Source of the DNA: a virus | Taxonomy: Duplodnaviria > Caudoviricetes | IMG/VR virus record: IMGVR_UViG_3300032053_000004 | Span: 32,001 to 96,000 of that record | DNA length: 64,000 nucleotides | Strand: one strand, 5' to 3' | In this document: in pieces, positions 44,093 to 53,009 of the stretch | How the letters are laid out: every line of letters begins with the position of its first letter | Position numbering within the stretch: position 1 is the stretch's first letter | Program-made: the position numbers and the translations under genes | The notes under the pieces: generated by a model | The model's input: the letters and a program-made list of their open reading frames with translations, nothing else | Told to the model about the DNA's origin: nothing | The model's database searches: none

Positions 44093-44921
44093 CTATTTGA
44101 GTTATTCTGGTCGTTATTCTTATATTCTTTGTCCAAAGAAATATGAATATTGCTATATTAAAAGACTTAAAGTTAAATCGAATCCTAAAGACGTCATGTT
44201 CGGTTCGGTTATTGGAAAAATATTTGAGTGGTTCTACAATAAAAAACTTTGGAGTTATCCTCAAAGCACTATTCTTTCTCTTATAGAACCGGCTTTAGAC
44301 GAAATTTCTGTTCAGGAAGGGTTCAATATTAGACAAACAGATCCTGAATTTGTTAAAAAGTTGATTGAAGAGCTTAATACTTATACAATTTCTACTATCG
44401 AAACTATTAAATCACATGGTTTTTTAACTTCAAATAGTCGATCTGAAATTGATTTAACAACTGATTACTATAGCCCAAAATATGATATGAAAATTCGTCT
44501 CGGAGGGCGAGTAGACTTCATCCATTATAAAGATGGAGAATCTTGGATTTTAGACGGAAAAGGCAGTAAGTATAGAGAACGTTATGTAGATTCTGAACAA
44601 TTGATATGGTACGCCGTTCAACACTACATATTATACCATATGGCTCCAACACGTCTTGGATTCATATTTTTCAAATTTCCGGAAGACCCGGTTAAATGGA
44701 TCGAGTATGACGATGATAGTATAAGAAAAAGTATAGATACGACCTTTAGCATTGTGAAGAAAATTCATTTAAGTATCTTTCCAGCCAATCCTTCTTCAGG
44801 ATGTCGTATGTGCGGGTATACGTCAAAATGTGAAGAAGGAACTAAATTTTTAGCGGCAAGAAAAGTAGAAACTGGTGGTCGAGTTGACGTTGACTCTTTT
44901 TTCGGTTTAGATCCAGTCTGA
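44085..44921 (+). CDS. PD-(D/E)XK (RecB/Cas4-like) nuclease
   Basis: CPKKY, GRVD...ILDGKG, QL..YA, C..C.Y...C. Confidence 0.8.
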   Translation: MNNYLSYSGRYSYILCPKKYEYCYIKRLKVKSNPKDVMFGSVIGKIFEWFYNKKLWSYPQSTILSLIEPALDEISVQEGFNIRQTDPEFVKKLIEELNTYTISTIETIKSHGFLTSNSRSEIDLTTDYYSPKYDMKIRLGGRVDFIHYKDGESWILDGKGSKYRERYVDSEQLIWYAVQHYILYHMAPTRLGFIFFKFPEDPVKWIEYDDDSIRKSIDTTFSIVKKIHLSIFPANPSSGCRMCGYTSKCEEGTKFLAARKVETGGRVDVDSFFGLDPV

Positions 44922-44930
44922 GGAGGCAAA

Positions 44931-45218
44931 ATGGGACAATCAATTGAAGATCTCGAAGCTACGTATAAAGATTTGGTAAATCGTCGTTCAGTCCTTGTTC
45001 AGGGGAAGCTCAGAGTTGACGCTGAGCTTGCTTCTCGTAAGCGAACCCTGAAGGATTTGATGGAAGAAGCTAAAAAGGCAGGATTTAATCCTGATGATCT
45101 CCCAGAAGAAATCAGAAAGGCTCGAGAAATACTTGTAACAAAAATGGATATTTTTTCTTCAGATATTAAAGAAACGGAACAGATCATGAAGCCTCTTATT
45201 CAAGAAATTGAAAAATAG
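44931..45218 (+). CDS. small coiled-coil protein
   Basis: GAGGAGG RBS, heptad pattern. Confidence 0.7.
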   Translation: MGQSIEDLEATYKDLVNRRSVLVQGKLRVDAELASRKRTLKDLMEEAKKAGFNPDDLPEEIRKAREILVTKMDIFSSDIKETEQIMKPLIQEIEK

Positions 45219-45232
45219 AGATTTCATAGAAC

Positions 45233-46342
45233 ATGCCTAAATATACTTTTCAAGCCCAAGAACTAAAACACTCTCTGGTCACTGTTCGGTCTGTGAAACC
45301 AGAAGAAGGAAATTTATATTTGAAGTTTTTTGGGTCAAATATGATTGTAGCTTCTGCTGATAAACGAAGATATGCTCAGTGTTCAGTCTCCGCATCGTCT
45401 ACTGATGCGGAGACTGATTATGAATCGGATTTCTTCGTTTTACCACTAGAACGAAGGTCATTATTTGAACATGACACTGATTTTGTAACCATATCAGTTT
45501 CTGATGTCATCAAAGTAAACGCTATTGAGAACGGTCAATCTAAGAAAGCTACATTAAAGAAAAGAGTCGGGTCAAAGTTTTCTTTAATTTCTTGTCCTTC
45601 CAGCCCATATCCTTCAATTGATTCAGGTGTTTTTAATGAAATACTTCAACATGTTTCTTGTTCTGCTTCAGTACGTGAAACGAAGACTGAAGAAGATATG
45701 AAAGTGAACCAAGTTCACTTTTTTTCTGAACATTTATGCGCTTCTTCTCAATCTAGATACCATGTAACTCACGTTTATTATTCGGGGCTTCTTTATGATT
45801 TTTCTTTAGTCAGTTCTGATATTCCTATCTTTAAGTCTTTTTGCGATAAGACTTCAGGTCCTATTAATATAATCCATGATGATAAGAAAATTTTCTTGTC
45901 GGGAAACAAGTCATTTGTTTCAACCAGTCGAGTTTCAATTCGTCGTCCTCAATTTGTATCTTTAGATAGAAGCGGATTTAAATATGAACTTGAAGTAAAC
46001 TCTGAATTCTTCAAGAATAGTTTCGATTGGGCGAAAGTTGCTATTGAAGGAACTAATAAAATCAGCATAGATTTTAAAAAACAGACCGGTGAGAATGGTA
46101 TAATGGATACTTACTATGGGTCAGATCTTATATCAAGTATTCCAATTTTGTTTAAAAACGGAGAATCGTTTCAAGCGGATTTTCCGGCCAGTGTATTTAT
46201 TAAAATATCTGGGCACATGGGTGAAGAACCGGTTCGTATGAAATATTCTCATTCGAGTTCTTCTAATTTGTTTGAAATTTCTCAAACAAGTAAAAACTCT
46301 ATGGAGACTGTCCATATGCTACAAAGTATGAGGACTAAATGA
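45233..46342 (+). CDS. probable DNA polymerase III beta sliding clamp-like protein
   Basis: 369 aa, repeating alpha/beta pattern, context with DnaX/HolA/HolB; no diagnostic motif. Confidence 0.5.
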   Translation: MPKYTFQAQELKHSLVTVRSVKPEEGNLYLKFFGSNMIVASADKRRYAQCSVSASSTDAETDYESDFFVLPLERRSLFEHDTDFVTISVSDVIKVNAIENGQSKKATLKKRVGSKFSLISCPSSPYPSIDSGVFNEILQHVSCSASVRETKTEEDMKVNQVHFFSEHLCASSQSRYHVTHVYYSGLLYDFSLVSSDIPIFKSFCDKTSGPINIIHDDKKIFLSGNKSFVSTSRVSIRRPQFVSLDRSGFKYELEVNSEFFKNSFDWAKVAIEGTNKISIDFKKQTGENGIMDTYYGSDLISSIPILFKNGESFQADFPASVFIKISGHMGEEPVRMKYSHSSSSNLFEISQTSKNSMETVHMLQSMRTK

Positions 46343-46980
46343 ACTTGGCTCAAGATAAACTAGACGGCATAATACACAATATCGAGAAACTTAAAAATTA
46401 TCGAGAATTTCTTCAAAACCGAGTTAATTTAGCTTCTGCTGAAGAGTCTAAATTAAGACATAAAGCTGATCTTTATCAAAAATGTTCAGAAATATTTAAA
46501 TCGTGGCTTGAAGAATCTATTGAAAAGAATATAACTTCTATTTCTGATTTGGCTACAAATGGTCTTCACCACATCATATATGATCAAAATTTAGAGTTTA
46601 AAATTACTCAAGAGATAAAATATAATCGTTTATCAATGAAATTTTCTTTAGAACAAGAGGGTGTCGAGGGTGATCCTTTAGATTCATTTGGTGGTGGAGC
46701 GGCCGTCATAGTTTCTTTAGTTTTACGTCTCGCTGTCATGGCTCGTCTAGGTATGAAAGATCTTCTTATTTTAGATGAATCAATGGTTGCTCTTGCTAAT
46801 CATTATGTTCCGTTTGCAGCTTCTTTCATGCGACGTCTTTCTGAACAGACTGGGATAAATATTCTCATGGTTACTCATAACCCTGAGTTTCTTCAACAAG
46901 CACATACTGCTTATGAAGGAACAAAGGACGATAGTTTAAAACTCAAGAAAATTAGAACTGAGGGGCATCGTGAAGTCTAA
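46339..46980 (+). CDS. SbcC/Rad50 ATPase, C-terminal half
   Basis: short coil, DSFGGG signature, LLILDE Walker B, VTH H-loop; no Walker A. Confidence 0.8.
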   Translation: MNLAQDKLDGIIHNIEKLKNYREFLQNRVNLASAEESKLRHKADLYQKCSEIFKSWLEESIEKNITSISDLATNGLHHIIYDQNLEFKITQEIKYNRLSMKFSLEQEGVEGDPLDSFGGGAAVIVSLVLRLAVMARLGMKDLLILDESMVALANHYVPFAASFMRRLSEQTGINILMVTHNPEFLQQAHTAYEGTKDDSLKLKKIRTEGHREV

Positions 46981-47530
46981 ATCTGACATCTCAAAAAGAC
47001 TTAGAAACCTTCGCGTTAGGTACGCAAAGCGTTTCATTTCTTTCTCTCAGGAAAGAAAACCGGAAAATTGTTCTTTTAATTTTGAACATAAACCGAATGG
47101 AATATATAATAACTCCAATTTTATGGAGATAGATCGCGCCCCGAAGACAAGCGTCACTTTAGTAGTTATTAACCCGGAAACTCCAACTCGTTTATGCATG
47201 TATGGATCGGAAAATCCGGAAACTTGGAATGGTGTTATTTGCGATCGAGATGAAATTTCGAAATCTTGTAAATATTTTAATCCAAAGAAAAGATTAAATG
47301 AAGCTAGAGAAGAATTTCTCAGCATCATGTCAGATGACGAATATGTCTATGAAAATTATAAAGATATCGCCACCCTCCAGTGGGTTTTAGGCGATAGAAT
47401 CCATAAATCTGGTTTAAATTTATTTGAAAAATTCATTTTTTGGATCCAATCCGTAAAGCTTCGATTATTTAAACCAAAGCTTATCCCTTCTAATGTAAAT
47501 ATATGGGAAGAAGAAAATGATAATCCATAA
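46970..47530 (+). CDS. Cys-containing hypothetical protein
   Basis: ORF track, coupled overlaps. Confidence 0.65.
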   Translation: MKSKSDISKRLRNLRVRYAKRFISFSQERKPENCSFNFEHKPNGIYNNSNFMEIDRAPKTSVTLVVINPETPTRLCMYGSENPETWNGVICDRDEISKSCKYFNPKKRLNEAREEFLSIMSDDEYVYENYKDIATLQWVLGDRIHKSGLNLFEKFIFWIQSVKLRLFKPKLIPSNVNIWEEENDNP

Positions 47531-48098
47531 TGTTCTTCATTATGACTTTCATATTAAAAAGAAAGACACTGCTTTACCTTTGGTAACGGAGTCTCCTGCT
47601 CAAGAGTCTTATTTTCCAGCAGTAATAAGTAATACTCGAGGAAAGTTCATAGTAATCGAAAAGATGGGGAAGGATAAACTTATAAGATCTGGAATATTTA
47701 CATATGATTCAGATAAAATTGACGATATTATTCCTGATCTTTTTAAATGTGCTTATGATCTATCTGTAAAACAAAACTGGTTAAATATTTTTCCTGACAT
47801 TGATTCAGCTTTTAAATATGTACAAAATTCTAGTGGGTTGACTATACAACCTCATGTTTGTTTAATTCCTGATTCCTGGAACATGAAGAAGATAGAGAAA
47901 ATTTTCAAAAAAGATAAACTTGATATAAATGATAGTAAAATAAAATATGATAAAATATGCTCCGTACATAAATGCAAAGTTTCTTTTCCTATTTTTCTTT
48001 CTCGTCCCGATTTCGTTGGGATGTATACTCAATTTATGGGAGGCTTGTCTTCTATTGTTTTACACAACATAAAACAAGGTATCTCGTTTGTTAAATGA
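47517..48098 (+). CDS. hypothetical protein
   Basis: ORF track. Confidence 0.6.
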   Translation: MIIHNVLHYDFHIKKKDTALPLVTESPAQESYFPAVISNTRGKFIVIEKMGKDKLIRSGIFTYDSDKIDDIIPDLFKCAYDLSVKQNWLNIFPDIDSAFKYVQNSSGLTIQPHVCLIPDSWNMKKIEKIFKKDKLDINDSKIKYDKICSVHKCKVSFPIFLSRPDFVGMYTQFMGGLSSIVLHNIKQGISFVK

Positions 48099-48874
48099 GT
48101 TTTGTTGATAAATTTGTTGACTGGGCTTATGAAGGGTTGCTTCAAAGTCCGGAAGCCCAAGAATATCTTCTTGGTCGTGGCATATCGAAAGATCAGTGGA
48201 AAAGACATAAACTTGGATATGTAATTGGTGATTTTGAAGTTGATCCAGATTTAGACTCAAAACATAGTTTCATATGCTCAGAATCAAATAAAGAAACCGA
48301 ATGCGATAGTTGTAAATATAATAGGTGGTCTTCTTCTTGGGAATTACAAGAAGGGATTCGACATAAAGTAATAGGTAGTCGTATCAAAAATTGTGTTGTT
48401 TTCCCGTTAACAACTTATTCTGGGACGATCATTGGATTCCAAGTTCGTTCTCTTGTTGAAAAGTCATATGACACTTTTGCCGTAAAAAGGCGTCCGGAAG
48501 GTTATTTTTTCGGTATTGCCGCAAATATTGAGTCTATTTGGTCTAAGAAAGAAGTCTGGCTTGTTGAAGGCCCGGCAGATATGTTGATTATGGAGAGATT
48601 AGTTATTCCTAATGTTTTGGCATTGACTACAAACGCTGTTAACCCAAATCAGTTTAGGTTTTTAGAACGTTTTGTTCATACGATAAATATGTGTTTAGAT
48701 CTCGATAAAGCTGGGAGAGAAGGCGTCCATCGTTTTATGGAAAAAACCGGTGGACGATTTAAAATAAATGATATAAAGTATCCTAAAGCCAACGAAACTT
48801 CGAAAGATCCTGGGGATCTTTGGAAAAATTGGGGAGATACGAAATTTAAAAATTATTTTAATCGGAAAGTTTAG
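48095..48874 (+). CDS. dnaG: DnaG-type primase core (TOPRIM) lacking N-terminal CHC2 zinc domain
   Basis: YLLGRGI, VFPL...G.IIGFQ.R, LVEG..D, LDLDKAG, KDPGD. Confidence 0.75.
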   Translation: MSFVDKFVDWAYEGLLQSPEAQEYLLGRGISKDQWKRHKLGYVIGDFEVDPDLDSKHSFICSESNKETECDSCKYNRWSSSWELQEGIRHKVIGSRIKNCVVFPLTTYSGTIIGFQVRSLVEKSYDTFAVKRRPEGYFFGIAANIESIWSKKEVWLVEGPADMLIMERLVIPNVLALTTNAVNPNQFRFLERFVHTINMCLDLDKAGREGVHRFMEKTGGRFKINDIKYPKANETSKDPGDLWKNWGDTKFKNYFNRKV

Positions 48875-48958
48875 TTTTTTATCATTCGGAAGGCTACTGA
48901 AGAAATTTTGAACATTTTCAGTTTGAACTGAAATTAAAATTCGATGTAATTTAAGATA

Positions 48959-50296
48959 ATGCTTGATATTAAATATCGTCCGAAATCTTTTAAAGAAGTT
49001 GTTGGCAATCTAGGTATCGTCAAACTTCTTCTAACTAGGAGTAAAAACAAAACTCTTGGTTCTCGTTCTATAATGTTTGGCGGTCCAAAGGGTTGTGGGA
49101 AAACAACTCTCGCTCGAATAGTTAGTCGAGCTATATATTGTGAAAATTTAAATGAAGGAGAACCCTGTAATTCTTGTATATATTGCCAATCTATAATTGA
49201 TGGGAGTTCTTCCAGCTTTGAAGAATTTGATGCTGCCTCCCAAGGAACTGTGGATAAGATTCGATCTATTGTTCAAGATCTTGATTATATTTCTCTTGAT
49301 GGGAAACCAAAAATTTGTATTTTGGACGAAGCTCAAAGACTTTCTGCTCAAGCCCAAGATGCTCTTCTTCGTCCTATAGAAGATAGGAGATTAGTTATTA
49401 TTTTATGCACAACTGAACCGAATAAAATTCGTCCTGCTGTTCGTTCAAGACTTGAAGAACATAGTGTATCCTCTCCTAATACAGATGATCTAGTTTCATT
49501 TTTGGTTAGAGTTTGCGATATAGAGTCCATAAAATATGACTTACCGGCTCTCAAGCTTTTACCGAATTTTTTAGAGAATTGTCCAAGAGTTTGTTTAAAT
49601 TCAATAGATACTATTTCTTCATATGGCCCAATATCTGTAGATGCAGTTCGTTCCTTTCTTAGGACTGAAAATTATGAATCTTTATCTCGATCTCTCACTT
49701 TTATGAAATTGGATCCCGCGAAGTCTTTTTCTTCTCTAGATAAACTGGAAGCCTCTGAAGGAGTGACTTGGATCCGTGATACTATTGTTTCCATCGTTGT
49801 AAATGAAATTCGAGTCCGAGTCGGGGCTAAATCGAAAATTAATACTAAAACTGATTTAGTTGATTTTTCATCCCATCAACTTTCAACTCTTGCTATGAAA
49901 CTTTCAGATTTAGATAAATTCAACATTTATGATTTGAGTTCAATTCTATTCTCTATACTAAATAAAGTTGAACTTGCTTCCGCTCCAGTTTTCGTTCCCT
50001 CCATTACTCCTACCTCTTCCTCTCCTATTCCAGTTTCTGTTCCCATATCATATAGAATACCGAAATCTGTTTCTAATGGAAAATCTGATTTTAAACAAAA
50101 AAAGTCTGTTGAAGTAGATGGGGTCATATATTCTTCGGAAGAAACATTGACTAGTTTGGATCATAAAATCGAGAAAGAATCTAATATTCATATTGAGCAA
50201 GAAAAATTAAGTTCTGTAGAGTATGATGGTAGGTTTCTACCTATTCCGGAGAAAGAATTTGCTCGTGGCCTTATCAAAAGAATTAAAGGTTCGTAA
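48959..50296 (+). CDS. dnaX: DNA polymerase III gamma/tau (DnaX) clamp loader ATPase
   Basis: KYRP..F..VVG, GPKGCGKTT, C..C..C zinc motif, DAAS, LDEAQ.L, SR. Confidence 0.9.
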   Translation: MLDIKYRPKSFKEVVGNLGIVKLLLTRSKNKTLGSRSIMFGGPKGCGKTTLARIVSRAIYCENLNEGEPCNSCIYCQSIIDGSSSSFEEFDAASQGTVDKIRSIVQDLDYISLDGKPKICILDEAQRLSAQAQDALLRPIEDRRLVIILCTTEPNKIRPAVRSRLEEHSVSSPNTDDLVSFLVRVCDIESIKYDLPALKLLPNFLENCPRVCLNSIDTISSYGPISVDAVRSFLRTENYESLSRSLTFMKLDPAKSFSSLDKLEASEGVTWIRDTIVSIVVNEIRVRVGAKSKINTKTDLVDFSSHQLSTLAMKLSDLDKFNIYDLSSILFSILNKVELASAPVFVPSITPTSSSPIPVSVPISYRIPKSVSNGKSDFKQKKSVEVDGVIYSSEETLTSLDHKIEKESNIHIEQEKLSSVEYDGRFLPIPEKEFARGLIKRIKGS

Positions 50297-50918
50297 AGGG
50301 AAATCTAAGGTTAAAAAACCTGAACCTGTCCCGAAGCCGCAGATTAAAGCGCGTAGAAATTCTGAAATCCCGAAACCGCCTGATCCAAATTCTGAATCGA
50401 TAAAATGGGCTATTGTTGAACTTACTTCTACCGGGGAAAAAGAAAAAAATCTTTCTTTAGTAATCAAATCGATCCGTCATCTTTTGAAGAGCAAAGTGGA
50501 AGTGTTTATACCTTCGGTTTCTCAAAAAGTTAGAGATGAATCTCATATCATGCCATATTTGGAAGGATATATTTTCGTGAGACATACTGAAGGAACGAAT
50601 TATTCCAGAGTTCAAGATACTATGTATTTCAGATCAGTTCTATCTAGACCTGTCGATTCAGCTCGTAAAAGAATTCTTTGTTTACTTGATGATAAAGATT
50701 TGGATAGAACTCGTGACGGGATGAAAAAAGTTGGGTCCGGGGTTTTTAAAGAAAATGAAAATGTTAAAATAGTTAGAGGTAACTACAAAAATTTAATAGC
50801 TCAAGTCATCCAGTCTTATGAAGATGGCCAACACGTTCAGGTTTATGTAAAATTGTCCTCAAAACAGCTTTTGTTAGATTTTCCAGTTTCATATTTGGTA
50901 AAACATGAAGTTGAATAG
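50223..50918 (+). CDS. NusG/RfaH-family transcription factor
   Basis: W.IV..., EVFIPS, PYLEGYIFV (NGN) and VKIVRGNYKN (KOW); start uncertain. Confidence 0.75.
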   Translation: MMVGFYLFRRKNLLVALSKELKVRKGKSKVKKPEPVPKPQIKARRNSEIPKPPDPNSESIKWAIVELTSTGEKEKNLSLVIKSIRHLLKSKVEVFIPSVSQKVRDESHIMPYLEGYIFVRHTEGTNYSRVQDTMYFRSVLSRPVDSARKRILCLLDDKDLDRTRDGMKKVGSGVFKENENVKIVRGNYKNLIAQVIQSYEDGQHVQVYVKLSSKQLLLDFPVSYLVKHEVE

Positions 50919-51858
50919 AAGCATTTTAGTTGATGGAAATAATCTTCTTCATCGTTCTAAATACGTATTTGTTACAAACAGACAAGAAGACCCACTAACT
51001 AATGATTTCGGCTATCCGACTGGTATCACATACGGAACTCTCTCCATACTTTTTTCTTGGATTTCAAAAATGCCTAAATGGGAAAAGGTCGTCTTTTTCC
51101 TTGACGGCTCTCCGACACGTCGTTTGGCTTTATACGAACAGTATAAAGAAGGTCGAGACAGTTCTGAACTTTTTGAAAATAGACCAATAACTCTTTGTGA
51201 TGGGACAGAGTGTCATTCAGAGCGCGATGTTTTAGTTCATATACTCAAACTTGTCGGTATCGATATTTATTTTAATCCAGATGAAGAAGCTGATGATCTA
51301 ATATCTAAATATGTAAAAACTAACCCCGGACATCATGTCATAATTTCTTCTGATAAAGATTTTTACCAATTAGTTGATGACAAAACTATTCTTTATAGAC
51401 CTGATGCACCTGGTAGCAGATTTTATGATTCTGAAAGAATTTTTAAAGAATTTGGAGTTTATCCAGAATTCGTTAGATTATATAAGAGTTTGATTGGTGA
51501 TAAATCCGATAATATAACTGGGGTACCGAGAATCCGTAAAAAAGTTGCTGCTGACTTAAGTATGAAGTATAAGACTGTGGAGTCTTTACTTTCTTCAAAT
51601 ATGTCTGAGTGTTCTGTTAAAGAAAAATCTTCAATCAAAGAACTTGAAGACAAAATTCGTTTAAATTATGAACTTGTCGGATTTTTTGATGAATTTGATC
51701 TATCCTCTTATCAACAAGAAGGTAAATCTGATTACGATTTAGCCAATAAAATATTAACTAAAGATCTGAATATTAAGGATATTAATGTTTCTTCTCTTAA
51801 AAAATCAGAGGGAAGAGTCATAATCTCTGATTTCTTCGGGTCTTTAGATTTAGTGTAA
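50905..51858 (+). CDS. 5'-3' exonuclease (FEN/Pol I N-terminal-like)
   Basis: LVDGNNL, YKEGR, EADDLI, SSDKDFYQL, GDKSDNI.GVP. Confidence 0.92.
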   Translation: MKLNRSILVDGNNLLHRSKYVFVTNRQEDPLTNDFGYPTGITYGTLSILFSWISKMPKWEKVVFFLDGSPTRRLALYEQYKEGRDSSELFENRPITLCDGTECHSERDVLVHILKLVGIDIYFNPDEEADDLISKYVKTNPGHHVIISSDKDFYQLVDDKTILYRPDAPGSRFYDSERIFKEFGVYPEFVRLYKSLIGDKSDNITGVPRIRKKVAADLSMKYKTVESLLSSNMSECSVKEKSSIKELEDKIRLNYELVGFFDEFDLSSYQQEGKSDYDLANKILTKDLNIKDINVSSLKKSEGRVIISDFFGSLDLV

Positions 51859-51866
51859 CATTTGAT

Positions 51867-52076
51867 ATGAGAGATATAGAAATACCAACATTTGAAGATA
51901 TTTATAACATCTCCCTTTTGGTTAAAAACGGATGGAAGCTTATTTTTGATGACAATTGGGAGCATCCTGAAAAATTAAAATATACTCCTAAAGACAAATG
52001 GGACTATAAAGGAGATGAAAGACCATCTCAAGATTACTGGCCTTATGAAGATGCTTTGGAAGAATTAAACAAATAG
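51867..52076 (+). CDS. hypothetical protein
   Basis: TAACAT 5 nt before ATG. Confidence 0.55.
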   Translation: MRDIEIPTFEDIYNISLLVKNGWKLIFDDNWEHPEKLKYTPKDKWDYKGDERPSQDYWPYEDALEELNK

Positions 52077-52217
52077 ATTGTTTTTTCAGTAGAGTTAAAA
52101 CGACGCTGTTGCTCTAGTTCAGCGTGATACCTATACAGAGAATTAAATCAGCTGCTCGGCTGAAACCCAGACCAATATTTACACAACGATCGGAAACCCC
52201 GATCAACTGGAGCATTC

Positions 52218-52985
52218 ATGTCCTCACACATTTTGATACAGAACCCTAGTGATATGTCCTCAAGATTTAGTACTCAGGACGGGCTCGGGCAGGAAGAATC
52301 TAACATTGAAGACGCTATGGGGGCTCTTATTGATCGGAGCCTAACCGTAAAAATTGAGGAGATTGATTATAAAAAATTAGAATTTGATGCAGTATCAAAA
52401 TACTTAGATAGAATTCCCGATAGAGAAGCCGATTTGATCCGGTTATATCATCGAGATAAGATGAAGCAAGAACAAATAGCAAGACTTTTTAGTATTACTC
52501 AAGCCGCCGTCTCTTATCGTTTACATCGTGGTATTAAGAGGATTCAATTTTTAAGGACTATTCCGGAACTTGATCAAGAAGAATTTGATGTTGATTTAGG
52601 CCATGTTTTTAATAATCAAGATCGAGAAATTCTTTGGCGGATGTATGAAACGACTTGTCAAAGTGAAATTGCTAAACAGATGGGTTTAACCCAAGGTCGG
52701 GTTCGTCATCGGTTTTTTAGGTCTTTGGCAAAGATAAAAGATCTTATTGCTGGCGAAGTTCGAGAAAAACAAACATATCTCGATGCCTTGAAAAAACATA
52801 ATAAGACGTCTGAGTACATTGAATCTGCTCAAACTGAACTTGATAATTGCATTGTAAATAGTAAATATGCTAGATATTATAGGGTATTCTTTGCCATTAG
52901 TGATAAACATTTCAACCTCTTACATGAGGTGAAATTTCCACAATTTGCTGATCGCGGCGACGCCCAGGTTTTGCCGATCGATTAA
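52218..52985 (+). CDS. protein with two tandem sigma70 region-4-like HTH domains
   Basis: QEQIARLFSITQAAVSYRL and QSEIAKQMGLTQGRVRHRF; GGAG RBS. Confidence 0.75.
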   Translation: MSSHILIQNPSDMSSRFSTQDGLGQEESNIEDAMGALIDRSLTVKIEEIDYKKLEFDAVSKYLDRIPDREADLIRLYHRDKMKQEQIARLFSITQAAVSYRLHRGIKRIQFLRTIPELDQEEFDVDLGHVFNNQDREILWRMYETTCQSEIAKQMGLTQGRVRHRFFRSLAKIKDLIAGEVREKQTYLDALKKHNKTSEYIESAQTELDNCIVNSKYARYYRVFFAISDKHFNLLHEVKFPQFADRGDAQVLPID

Positions 52986-53009
52986 ATTTTTTTTTGATTT
53001 TAAATTAAT

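Noticed and set aside
44085-44921. Cas4-like nuclease as part of a CRISPR system
   Set aside because: Solo PD-(D/E)XK nucleases are common in phage replication blocks; no array or other cas genes are present
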